Shown in pieces: positions 1 to 8,890 of a stretch of DNA of 64,000 nucleotides. The stretch's first letter is position 1. Every line of letters begins with the position of its first letter. The notes under the pieces were generated by a model. The model saw nothing but the letters and a program-made list of their open reading frames with translations. It ran no database searches and had not been told where the DNA came from. The translations under genes were made by a program, and so were the position numbers. The stretch spans positions 6,179 to 70,178 of the forward strand of contig CAUQVC010000001.1 of the NCBI GenBank assembly GCA_963521715.1, read 5' to 3'. The DNA comes from an uncultured Candidatus Saccharibacteria bacterium. GTDB taxonomy: Bacteria; Patescibacteriota; Saccharimonadia; Saccharimonadales; Saccharimonadaceae.

Positions 1-160
1 TGGAAGCAATTTCCAAATTGGTAGCTGCAATCAACAATCTCCCTCCGTCGGTGCGAAGTAAAATATTATTCAAGATGGGAAGTTCGACACGACCAGAAGC
101 CACCCTTCCGATATTACTGAGTGCTTTTGCGAAATTTTCTTGTGTGACTGAAAGCTTCAT
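1..160 (-). CDS. dnaN: DNA polymerase III beta sliding clamp, N-terminal part (runs off window edge)
   Basis: Manual translation from ATG at 160: MKLSVTQENFAKALSNIGRVASGRVELPILNNILLRTDGGRLLIAATNLEIAS (LPILxNILL and ATNLE motifs); lies downstream of dnaA. Not in the ORF track. Confidence 0.95.
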   Translation of the reverse strand, partial: MKLSVTQENFAKALSNIGRVASGRVELPILNNILLRTDGGRLLIAATNLEIAS

Positions 161-194
161 AGTTACTATTATATAACCTTTCTTATTTTTTATC

Positions 195-416
195 TGGTGT
201 TAGTAATAATAGGTGCTGTGGAAACTGAGTAAAACAAGTGTTCAGACAGAGGTGAGTGGGCAAAAAAACCTGTGGATAGCTTTGTGGATCAACTTGGTAC
301 GAGGCAGTGGATAAGGCTGAGTTAACCCACAGTCGTACGGAGCCCGCCAGACTTTGCCACAAGCTTAGTCGCAGACTGCAGATAGAATTCCATAGGTCGT
401 GCACAGGTTTTCCACT
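195..416. promoter_or_regulatory. oriC, dnaA-dnaN intergenic part: DnaA boxes plus DnaA-trio element
   Basis: DnaA-box-like 9-mers at 217-225, 271-279, 283-291, 306-314, 323-331, 353-361, 408-416; TAG-TAA-TAA-TAG (201-212) + GTGC + box at 217. Confidence 0.85.
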
Positions 417-1767
417 AATTTTGCACATATAGTTTGTCCTTGACATCGTTGATTTGTTCGCGCACTAGCTGGTTAGTTAAACTTTCTTTGGTGATTTTTT
501 CAACAGAGTGCATGGCTGTGGTGTGGTCTTTACGGCCAAGTTCTTGAGCGATTTTTGGAAAACTCATTTTCAATTCACTACGCAGTAGATACATGGCAAT
601 TTGTCGTGGCTGGACGATAAATTTATCGCGCCTGGCTGAACACATATCTTTTGGATCGAGATTAAAATAGCGCGCTGTACGATCGATAATCTGCTTAGCG
701 GTAATGTGTTGCGGGCGAACGCGTTTCATGTCGCCCAAGACGCTCTCGGCTGCCGCCACATCTGGCACAAAGCCTTGCATGTCAGCATAGGCCAGGAGGC
801 GATTGAGCGCGCCCTCGAGCTCACGAATATTTGTTTTGAAGTTAGCTGCCAGATATTCAACCACCCCTGATTCTAATTCAGTACCGCTGAGGCTAGCCTT
901 TGCTTTGACTATGGCACACCGCGTTTCATAGTCAGGCATTTGAATATCAATCGCCATACCCCATTCAAAACGGCTGCGTAGTCGGTCAGTGAGGGTAGGG
1001 ATACTTTTGGGCGGCTTATCAGAGCTGATGATAATTTGTTTGTTGTTTTGATGGAGGTCATTGAAGGTGTGAAAAAATTCATCCTGGGTTTTTTCTTTGC
1101 CGGCAATAAACTGCATATCATCAACAATTAGCACGTCAACATTGCGATATTTATCAGAAAAACCCTTTTTCTTGAAACGAATATAATCCAAAAATTCGTT
1201 CACAAATGCTTCAGTTGTTGTGTATAGCACCCGGGCTGACGGCTGTTGTTTGATAATTTCATTGCCAACTGCTTGCATGAGGTGGGTTTTACCAAGACCT
1301 GAGCCGCCATATAAATAGAGTGGATTGTATTTGAGGCCGGGATGTGAGGCGACCGCTTGGCACGCAGCGTAAGCCAAGTCATTGCTTGATCCAACGATAA
1401 AGTTATCAAACGTATAGCGCGGATTGAGATTGCTATTGTTTTTTTGCGTTGGGGCGATGATGCGACGTTCTGTCGGGCGAACAGTCTCTTCTGGCTGATC
1501 CCGGTTGACGGTTTTTTTTCGTGAACCAGAACCAATCCTATATCGCACCACACCTTCAAAACCGTTTGATTTTAAAGCTTCTTGAATATCGGTATGAAAT
1601 TTTTTCTCTAGCTGTGCCTCTACGAAAATATTTGGCACAATAATAACTGCTTCTTTATCAGAAATTAGTTCTAATTTTGTTTTTGTGAACCATGCAGAGA
1701 ATGAAGAAGACGGAATGGTCAATTCTAACTGACCCAATACTCCCTGCCAGATTGCTTGTTCTTTCAT
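415..1767 (-). CDS. dnaA: Chromosomal replication initiator DnaA
   Basis: NPLYLYGGSGLGKTHL Walker A, LRSRFEWG, RELEGAL, GRKDHTT; start set at ATG 1767 behind GAGGGG (ORF track starts at GTG 1782). Confidence 0.99.
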   Translation of the reverse strand: MKEQAIWQGVLGQLELTIPSSSFSAWFTKTKLELISDKEAVIIVPNIFVEAQLEKKFHTDIQEALKSNGFEGVVRYRIGSGSRKKTVNRDQPEETVRPTERRIIAPTQKNNSNLNPRYTFDNFIVGSSNDLAYAACQAVASHPGLKYNPLYLYGGSGLGKTHLMQAVGNEIIKQQPSARVLYTTTEAFVNEFLDYIRFKKKGFSDKYRNVDVLIVDDMQFIAGKEKTQDEFFHTFNDLHQNNKQIIISSDKPPKSIPTLTDRLRSRFEWGMAIDIQMPDYETRCAIVKAKASLSGTELESGVVEYLAANFKTNIRELEGALNRLLAYADMQGFVPDVAAAESVLGDMKRVRPQHITAKQIIDRTARYFNLDPKDMCSARRDKFIVQPRQIAMYLLRSELKMSFPKIAQELGRKDHTTAMHSVEKITKESLTNQLVREQINDVKDKLYVQN

Positions 1768-1818
1768 ATCATAACCCCTCACACATAATCTACTCTGTAC
1801 TATAGCAAAAAGACAGAG

Positions 1819-1934
1819 TTTTCCACAAGCATAGACATCTCATGGAAGAGAAACTGAAAATAGAGGTGAACTTTTCCACAGGCGCGTGTCACCTCTGTTA
1901 TAATTGTGGATAAAACAGACCGAGCAGTGGAAAA
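1819..1934. promoter_or_regulatory. Second DnaA-box cluster upstream of dnaA
   Basis: TTTTCCACA 1819-1827 and 1872-1880, perfect TGTGGATAA 1905-1913, AGTGGAAAA 1926-1934. Confidence 0.85.
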
Positions 1935-1947
1935 CTACAATTGATAC

Positions 1948-1976
1948 TTGCAAAAAAACCAAAAAAACGCTAAACT
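1948..1976 (+). promoter_or_regulatory. Sigma70-type promoter of rpmH
   Basis: TTGCAA-17 nt-TAAACT, 10 nt before the ATG. Confidence 0.6.
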
Positions 1977-1986
1977 ATCACCCAGT

Positions 1987-2124
1987 ATGCCAAAGCGAAC
2001 ATTTCAACCACACAAACGTCATCGTGCCCGTACGCACGGTTTTCGAGCACGTGTTTCTACAAAGGCTGGTCGCGCTGTTTTGAAGCGACGCCGCCTAAAA
2101 GGTCGTGCACGGATTGCACTGTAA
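1987..2124 (+). CDS. rpmH: 50S ribosomal protein L34
   Basis: Manual translation [45 protein letters not shown]; canonical position between dnaA and rnpA; below ORF-track cutoff. Confidence 0.98.
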   Translation: MPKRTFQPHKRHRARTHGFRARVSTKAGRAVLKRRRLKGRARIAL

Positions 2125-2151
2125 ATAATACTTAGTGCGCTCGATGATCTG

Positions 2152-2184
2152 ATACCACTCCTGATGTATGTCGGAGTGGTATTT
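2152..2184 (+). terminator. Stem-loop after rpmH
   Basis: ATACCACTCC ... GGAGTGGTAT perfect 10-bp inverted repeat followed by TT. Confidence 0.6.
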
Positions 2185-2198
2185 GGTATACTAGAAGA

Positions 2199-2546
2199 AT
2201 GTTAACGCATCGTCACAGGTTTCACGGTCACGGCAGTTTACGGTATCTATATCAAAATGGTGATGCTGTGAGGTCTCGTGTAATGACAGTAAAATATATC
2301 ACCAATCCGCGCCGGAAACACAGTCGATTTGCTGTGGTAATCAGTAAAAAAGTCCTCAAATCAGCCGTTCGCCGTAATAGGGTGCGTCGACGGGTGTACG
2401 AGGTGATTCGAGCTGAGTTGCCGATGCTTAAAGATAATCATGACATAGCGCTGATCATTGTTACGGCTGATTTTTTACACATGGAATATAAGAGTATTCA
2501 AAACGAAGTTAAACGACTATTCTCTCAGGCTAATCTGTATAAATGA
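2199..2546 (+). CDS. rnpA: Ribonuclease P protein component
   Basis: SRFAVVISKKV-KSAVRRNRVRR (RNR motif); synteny. Confidence 0.96.
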   Translation: MLTHRHRFHGHGSLRYLYQNGDAVRSRVMTVKYITNPRRKHSRFAVVISKKVLKSAVRRNRVRRRVYEVIRAELPMLKDNHDIALIIVTADFLHMEYKSIQNEVKRLFSQANLYK

Positions 2547-2571
2547 CATATTTTTTGATATAATGTGAGGC

Positions 2572-3504
2572 ATGAGTTTTTTTGATGTTCTGATTGTACA
2601 GCCAATTTTTAATATTTTAATGGCTATTTATGGCTTAATTCCAGACTTTGGTGTCAGTATTATCCTCTTTACTATTATCATCCGTCTTCTGTTGTGGCCA
2701 ATGGTTAAAAAGCAGCTACACCAGACAAAAGCGATGCGCAAAATGCAGCCGCAACTGGCGAAGATTAACGCCAAATACAAGAATGACCGCCAGGCACGAG
2801 CGCTTGCGATGATGGAACTGTACAAAGAGCACAACATCAGCATGTTTGGTTCAATTGGCGTACTTTTGATTCAGCTGCCAGTATTAATCGGTATTTACCG
2901 TGTGGTGCAAATCTTTGTATCTAGCCGGGTTCATACCGGCGACCTCGCTAAATACGCATATGATTTTATCGAACAATTACCAGTAGTATCCAATTTAGTA
3001 GCTCATCCAGATCAACTCAATCAGAACTTTTTGGGTATGGTTGACCTCACACAGCACGCCGTCAGTAATAGTGGTGTTACCTGGAGTTTATTGATTTTGG
3101 CTGTATTGGCTGCGGTGATGCAGTTCCTAACCACTAAGCAAATTTCTCCAGCGAGCGACAGTAAGAAGCGACTGCGCGATATCATGCAAGAAGCTGCTGA
3201 AGGCAAAGAGGCAGATCAGTCAGAGATCAATGCTATCGTGATGCGCAAGATGATGAAATTTATGCCAATCTTTATGTTTTTCGTGATCATCAACCTACCG
3301 GGTGCCCTAGCACTGTATCTAACCGTCTCAAACGTTGCAGCATATGCGCAAAATGCCATCATCTTAAAGGGAGATAGTGATGAGATGGAGACTATTTCTA
3401 AAACACCGAACAAGTCAAAGAAAAACTCCAAAAAACCTCAAGCAAGTAGGCGTGCAGCGACAGCGACTGAGGCGAAAATAACCCGGATCAAGGCCAAGGA
3501 ATAA
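2572..3504 (+). CDS. yidC: Membrane protein insertase YidC
   Basis: FTIIIRLLLWP, MRKMQPQL, LIQLP, PGALALY motifs; synteny. Confidence 0.95.
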   Translation: MSFFDVLIVQPIFNILMAIYGLIPDFGVSIILFTIIIRLLLWPMVKKQLHQTKAMRKMQPQLAKINAKYKNDRQARALAMMELYKEHNISMFGSIGVLLIQLPVLIGIYRVVQIFVSSRVHTGDLAKYAYDFIEQLPVVSNLVAHPDQLNQNFLGMVDLTQHAVSNSGVTWSLLILAVLAAVMQFLTTKQISPASDSKKRLRDIMQEAAEGKEADQSEINAIVMRKMMKFMPIFMFFVIINLPGALALYLTVSNVAAYAQNAIILKGDSDEMETISKTPNKSKKNSKKPQASRRAATATEAKITRIKAKE

Positions 3505-3516
3505 GGAGGAATAATC

Positions 3517-3975
3517 ATGGATCAGCAGCAAACAATCGATTACATCAAGAAATATGTTGAGGATTTGATGGCCTTTTTCGACCTAAATATAACGGCTGAA
3601 GTGTCCATCGAAGACGATATTTTGATCGTAAAAATTCCATCAACGCAATACAATAGCCTACTGATTGGTCGTGGCGCTGAGACGTTGCGCAGTATCCAGC
3701 ACTTACTCTCAGCACTGCTTCGCAACAGCAATGCGGCAGTGGAACGAGTTAATCTAGATATCGCTGACTACAAACAGCAGCACGCTGAGAAGCTTGCTGA
3801 AAAAGCTCGCGCTTGGTTTCAGGAAGTCCGAGACACTGGCGAGCCTAAGAGGTTGGATCTTAACGCGGCTGACCGCTGGACGGTACACCACACCGCACAT
3901 GATTTCGATGATATAGAAACTCACTCAGAGGGCGAAGGTCGCGATCGACGACTTGTGATTAGCCTAAAAGATTAA
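3517..3975 (+). CDS. jag: Jag/KhpB RNA-binding protein (KH + R3H, lacking Jag_N)
   Basis: LLIGRGAETLRSIQ (KH), DRWTVH...THSEGEGRDR (R3H); follows yidC. Confidence 0.9.
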   Translation: MDQQQTIDYIKKYVEDLMAFFDLNITAEVSIEDDILIVKIPSTQYNSLLIGRGAETLRSIQHLLSALLRNSNAAVERVNLDIADYKQQHAEKLAEKARAWFQEVRDTGEPKRLDLNAADRWTVHHTAHDFDDIETHSEGEGRDRRLVISLKD

Positions 3976-4000
3976 AAAGCGGTATAATCGGACTTGGTAT

Positions 4001-4810
4001 ATGCAGGAGTTGTTTAATAAACGAAACAGAGTAATTTTACTCGAATTAGTAAAAACTGATTTTAAATTGCGCTATCAAGGTTCATTTTTAGGAATCTTAT
4101 GGTCAGTACTGAAGCCACTGTTGCTGTTTTTGGTGATGTATTTGGTGTTTGTGAAATTTTTGAAGTTTACCGACGGCACAAAAACCTATCCAATTGTCTT
4201 ACTCTTAGGTATTGCTCTTTGGGGATTTTTTACCGAAGCTACCTCAGTTGGTATGAACGCCATCGTTAGTAGGGGTGATTTACTGCGTAAAATTAATTTT
4301 CCAAAATACATTATCATTATCTCGTCAATGTCCAGCGCGCTCATCAGTCTGTCGATCAACTTGATTGTGGTGCTAATCTTTGGACTTATCTCTGGAGTAG
4401 ACTTTACTTGGAGAGCTCTTTTGGCGCCATTGAGCATCATTCAGTTGTTTATCTTGGCGCTTGGTGTATCACTAATATTATCAACACTATACGTAAAATT
4501 CCGTGATATTAGCCATATCTGGGATGTGATTTTACAGATATGTTTTTACAGCATCCCAATCATTTATCCACTTAGCCTGGTGTCTAATTTTCACCCAGAA
4601 GTCGCAAAAGTTATGATGCTCAATCCTATTGCACAAAGTATTCAAGATGTCCGATACAGCCTTATCGCTCCACAGACGACGCCGACCACTTGGAGTACAA
4701 TAAATAACATCTGGATTAGTCTAATACCTGTTGTACTAACAGTGGTTGTTGTCATTATTGGTATTATTTATTTCAGAAAAAGCAGCAAAACCTTTGCGGA
4801 GAATATGTAA
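4001..4810 (+). CDS. wzm: Polysaccharide ABC transporter permease
   Basis: DFKLRYQGSFLGILWSVLKPL, FRDISHIW, PIIYP, LNP; 6 TM. Confidence 0.93.
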   Translation: MQELFNKRNRVILLELVKTDFKLRYQGSFLGILWSVLKPLLLFLVMYLVFVKFLKFTDGTKTYPIVLLLGIALWGFFTEATSVGMNAIVSRGDLLRKINFPKYIIIISSMSSALISLSINLIVVLIFGLISGVDFTWRALLAPLSIIQLFILALGVSLILSTLYVKFRDISHIWDVILQICFYSIPIIYPLSLVSNFHPEVAKVMMLNPIAQSIQDVRYSLIAPQTTPTTWSTINNIWISLIPVVLTVVVVIIGIIYFRKSSKTFAENM

Positions 4811-6027
4811 TGAGTAAATATGCGCTAGAAGTAAAGAATCTATACAAGAGCTTTAATTTACCAACCGAGCAGGCAAACGGTATCAAGCAGGCATTTTTGA
4901 ACTGGACTAAGGGTGTCAAGGGTTATAAAAAACAAGAAGTTCTAAAAGATATCTCGTTTACGGTGGAAAAAGGTGACTTTTTTGGCATCGTTGGACGAAA
5001 TGGTTGTGGGAAATCTACACTATTAAAACTGATTTCTGATATTTATTCGCCCGACTCTGGAGAGGTGATTGTTAATGGTAAATTGATTCCGTTCATTGAA
5101 CTTGGTGTTGGTTTTAACCCAGAATTGACTGGTCGGGAAAACGTCTATTTGAACGGAGCATTGCTAGGCTTTTCGCACGATGAAGTTGAAGATATGTACG
5201 ACGAGATCGTTGATTTTGCCGAACTAGAACAGTTCATGGATCAAAAACTGAAGAACTATTCCAGTGGTATGCAGGTGCGTTTGGCATTTTCAATTGCCAT
5301 CCGTGCTAATACCGATATCCTCGTCTTGGACGAGGTATTAGCCGTCGGTGACGAAGCCTTTCAGCGTAAATGTTTTGAATATTTCAAGCAGATCAAAAAA
5401 CAGAAAAAGACTGTTATCTTGGTCACTCACGACATGGCGTCAGTACGACGGTTTTGCAATAAAGCTATCATGCTGGAATCTGGTAAAATCGTTGCCTCGG
5501 GTGATCCAAATGAAGTTGCTAACTTGTATTCTATTGAAAATATAGAGTCAACAGCAAAAACTGATAAGAAATCAAAGAAAAATACTGCGTATATTCAAAC
5601 AAGGGTAGAAAACAAGGTGTTAACACCGAAAGACACGTTGGAAGTTGAAGTAAAATATTTTGTTCCAGAAGATAGGCAAGTGTCATTTGGTATTTCAATT
5701 TTGGACGAAGCTTCAAATCGCATCACTTCTGTGATTGATGACGGATTCTTTATCGATGATAATAATGTGGAAATAACCTCCAGTAAAAAAGGCACGCATA
5801 TTTATAAGTATACTCTGCCATTGGATCTGTTTAACAACCGTGATTTTGAAATTACGGCTACCCTGTTTGCTTATAATAAGAAAAAGGACTCGTATGAGCC
5901 AATTGCCTACACGACAGAAGAGGGTATCAGCCAGTTTTATGTGAGAGAAAATAAGCCGAGGGGTGGTTTGTTGAAAAAGCGTGGTTCATGGATGAGTGTG
6001 AAAAGTAAGAAGGAGAAAACGTCATGA
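4810..6027 (+). CDS. wzt: Polysaccharide ABC transporter ATPase with C-terminal extension
   Basis: GRNGCGKST, GFNPELTGRENVYL, YSSGMQVRLAF, LDEVLAVGD. Confidence 0.95.
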   Translation: MSKYALEVKNLYKSFNLPTEQANGIKQAFLNWTKGVKGYKKQEVLKDISFTVEKGDFFGIVGRNGCGKSTLLKLISDIYSPDSGEVIVNGKLIPFIELGVGFNPELTGRENVYLNGALLGFSHDEVEDMYDEIVDFAELEQFMDQKLKNYSSGMQVRLAFSIAIRANTDILVLDEVLAVGDEAFQRKCFEYFKQIKKQKKTVILVTHDMASVRRFCNKAIMLESGKIVASGDPNEVANLYSIENIESTAKTDKKSKKNTAYIQTRVENKVLTPKDTLEVEVKYFVPEDRQVSFGISILDEASNRITSVIDDGFFIDDNNVEITSSKKGTHIYKYTLPLDLFNNRDFEITATLFAYNKKKDSYEPIAYTTEEGISQFYVRENKPRGGLLKKRGSWMSVKSKKEKTS

Positions 6028-7238
6028 GTAAACTGTACAAATTCTACACCTACACCAGACAAAATGGGTTAGGTCAGGCTGTCAGAAAAACCCAGGTATA
6101 TCTGTCGAAAAAGACCGCACCAGTGATCAAGCAACCAATTGAGGTGATGGCTTCAATTGAAGATATCATGAACGCGGACTACATCAATCACCCGTACAAA
6201 ACACCAAAGAAAAAGTCAAAAAAGAAGTCTTTGAAAATTGGCTGGGTGTTGTCTCCTATCTCAAAAGGAAGTGGTGGACAAAATACCATCACCCGCTTTG
6301 CTCGATTTTTACAAGAACAGGGACACGACATTACATTTTACATCTATGAAGGAATCCACCCGCAATCACCAGCTGAAGCTAAGGCGATTTTATCAGAGAG
6401 TTTCAACTTTGATGTTAACGTAAAAAAAGTGTCGCAATACACTGAATCTGACGCGTTGATTGCTACTGGATGGGAGACGGCCTACCCGGTGTTTAATATT
6501 GATACCAAGGCACACAAGTTTTATTTTGTGCAGGATTTTGAGCCGTACTTTTATGGGCTAGGGTCAAAGGCAGTGCTGGCCGAGAACACCTATAAAATGA
6601 ATTTTTATGGCATCACAGCTGGTCGTTGGCTGACTAAAAAAGTGAGCGAATACGGCATGAAGGCGGATTATTTTGACTTTGGTGCTGATATGAACATCTA
6701 CCGTTTGGCAGATAAAGCCGATAAACAAAAGAAAATTTGTTTCTATGCCCGCCCAGTGACTGAGCGTCGCGCTTTTGAATTGGGTGTCATCGCACTAGAT
6801 AAATTCCACAAAAAACATCCAGAGTACACTATTGAATTCTTTGGATGGGACGTATCAAACTATCAAATACCATTTCCATATGTCAACCGCGGCATCTTGT
6901 CTCACCAAGACGTGGCTGATCTATACAAAGAGTCTGAAGCGTGCTTAGTGCTGTCACTTACTAACGTGTCGCTCCTGCCACTCGAGTTGCTGGCCGCTGG
7001 TTGTATCCCAGTGATGAATGAAGGTGAAAACAACAGCTTGGTTTTGGGTGAAAATAAATACATCCACTACGCCGCGGCTTCACCGATTGAACTGGCTAAT
7101 GAGTTGTGTAAGGTTGTTGAGATCAAAAATATCAACACCTATGCCAAAAAAGCTTCAGAAAGCGTTAAAGACTTGTCATGGGATGAATCATATAAGAAGG
7201 TTGAGCGCATTCTGATTCGTGAGGTGATAGGTGGTTAA
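6024..7238 (+). CDS. GT4 glycosyltransferase, WsaF-like (putative rhamnosyltransferase)
   Basis: GSGG, ATGWETAY, FYFVQDFEPYFY, FYARP-TERRAFELG, SLLPLELLAAG. Confidence 0.8.
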   Translation: MSKLYKFYTYTRQNGLGQAVRKTQVYLSKKTAPVIKQPIEVMASIEDIMNADYINHPYKTPKKKSKKKSLKIGWVLSPISKGSGGQNTITRFARFLQEQGHDITFYIYEGIHPQSPAEAKAILSESFNFDVNVKKVSQYTESDALIATGWETAYPVFNIDTKAHKFYFVQDFEPYFYGLGSKAVLAENTYKMNFYGITAGRWLTKKVSEYGMKADYFDFGADMNIYRLADKADKQKKICFYARPVTERRAFELGVIALDKFHKKHPEYTIEFFGWDVSNYQIPFPYVNRGILSHQDVADLYKESEACLVLSLTNVSLLPLELLAAGCIPVMNEGENNSLVLGENKYIHYAAASPIELANELCKVVEIKNINTYAKKASESVKDLSWDESYKKVERILIREVIGG

Positions 7239-8235
7239 CAACACGAACAAAATCGACATCACTGTTTTTATCCCAACGTATTTTGGTGAGGACTATTTGG
7301 ATGATCTGCTAAAAATGGTGTTCAAACAAAAAATTGACAAAACCTATGAAGTGTTGATTTACGACACAAGCTCCACAGATAAGACGCCAAAAATCATCAA
7401 AAAATATGCTAAAAAACACCCAAACTTACGGTATAAAACCATCACAAAAGAGCAATATGGTCACGGTAAGACGCGGGCAGCCGCCGCTCATGATGCAAAA
7501 GGCGACATCGTGGTTTACCTGTCACAAGATGCTACGCCCGCTCATAAATATTGGCTATATGAGATGACGAAACCGTTTGAATTGTCAGACCGTATCATTG
7601 GTGTTATGGGAAAACAAGACCCGCGGCCAACCACCTTTCCCTTGTTGAAGCGCGAAATCATGGGTGTGTTCAATGGTTTTGGTCCTGATTTTGGAACAAC
7701 ATTGTTCTACAAAGATTCTTTTATCAAAAAACAGGAAACCTATGATAAAGTAGCGTTTTATTCTGATGTTAACTCGGCTGCTCGCCGTAGTTATCTGACT
7801 GGCGAGTTGCCATACCAAGATGTTCCATACGCCGAGGACCAATTATTTGGGCGCGATGTCATCAACGCGGGCTACATGAAAGCCTATGCCTCCAGGGGTA
7901 ATGTGCTACATTCTAATGAATTTAAGCTGCGTGAATATAAAATGCGAATGTTTGACGAGACAATGGGGCTTCGTCGTGTGGGTATTGATGTGCCACTACC
8001 GACCATTTCTCAGATAACTAAAATGGTCATCATCGGTTGGATTCGTGATACGTTATTTACGCTGCGTGATAAACAATATTCACGGAAAAGAAAGCTATTC
8101 TACTTGGTGTTGAATATTTTTTATAATATAGAAAAATGGCGCGGCGTACGTCGGGCAGTGTTGACGAAATTGGACGACCACACGGCGATTGATAAATATT
8201 CGTTAGAACACGTTGAAGCAAAATCAAAAAGCTAG
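7231..8235 (+). CDS. GT2 glycosyltransferase (rhamnosyltransferase-like)
   Basis: VFIPTY, DTSSTD, YGHGKTR, YLSQDA, AEDQ. Confidence 0.85.
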   Translation: MVNNTNKIDITVFIPTYFGEDYLDDLLKMVFKQKIDKTYEVLIYDTSSTDKTPKIIKKYAKKHPNLRYKTITKEQYGHGKTRAAAAHDAKGDIVVYLSQDATPAHKYWLYEMTKPFELSDRIIGVMGKQDPRPTTFPLLKREIMGVFNGFGPDFGTTLFYKDSFIKKQETYDKVAFYSDVNSAARRSYLTGELPYQDVPYAEDQLFGRDVINAGYMKAYASRGNVLHSNEFKLREYKMRMFDETMGLRRVGIDVPLPTISQITKMVIIGWIRDTLFTLRDKQYSRKRKLFYLVLNIFYNIEKWRGVRRAVLTKLDDHTAIDKYSLEHVEAKSKS

Positions 8236-8284
8236 TGGTTAATTTGAAAAAATTGGTTTTTTACTGTATCATTATCCCAGGGTA

Positions 8285-8890
8285 ATGACTATGAAACAGA
8301 AAAAACTTTCTAAACTATCACGCAAGAAAATCATCAGTATATCACTACTGGTGGCAATTGTTGTTGCTGGCTCGTACGTGGCGGCAGCTTACTATAATAA
8401 ATGGTTGCCATTTTCAGATCAGGACAAGGCTTTTACGGTTGACGATCAGGGTCGTGGAGTAAATCCAAACAAAACCAAAACTGAGAAAAAAGACACTAAA
8501 AATGTCGAGGACAATCCAGATAATAAATCAGCTCGACCAAACACTGATGTGACACCGCAGCCAAAGACCGACCCTCAAACAAAAAAACAATCAGTCTACG
8601 TGCTGATGACTAGTGTTGAGCAGTCAGTTGATAAGCATACTATCACCGCTAGCGGATTTGTAACGAACGCTGTCGAACAGGATGGTACATGTACCTATGT
8701 ATTTACACTGGGCAATCGAGTCGTCAGAAAGACGGCCGGAGTAATTCCTGGTCCAAGCTCAACCTCATGTCAAACGATGCGGGTGAGTAGAGATGAATTA
8801 GGAGCTGCTGGTAAGTGGACAGTGTCAATCGAGTATAATTCAGGCAGGTCTCACGGTGTAGCTGACGGTATGACGGTGGTGGTTGAGTAA
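8285..8890 (+). CDS. Membrane-anchored hypothetical protein
   Basis: Basic N-terminus, one TM, K/T/D/P-rich linker, beta-rich C-terminal domain with a Cys pair. Confidence 0.7.
   Translation: MTMKQKKLSKLSRKKIISISLLVAIVVAGSYVAAAYYNKWLPFSDQDKAFTVDDQGRGVNPNKTKTEKKDTKNVEDNPDNKSARPNTDVTPQPKTDPQTKKQSVYVLMTSVEQSVDKHTITASGFVTNAVEQDGTCTYVFTLGNRVVRKTAGVIPGPSSTSCQTMRVSRDELGAAGKWTVSIEYNSGRSHGVADGMTVVVE

Noticed and set aside
183..446. 87-aa minus-strand ORF between dnaA and dnaN
   Set aside because: Overlies the DnaA-box cluster, overlaps the dnaA end and has no recognisable motif; chance ORF in oriC
1951..1968. A7 tracts in the rpmH promoter as phase-variable homopolymers
   Set aside because: Short tracts forming an ordinary 17-bp spacer of a housekeeping promoter
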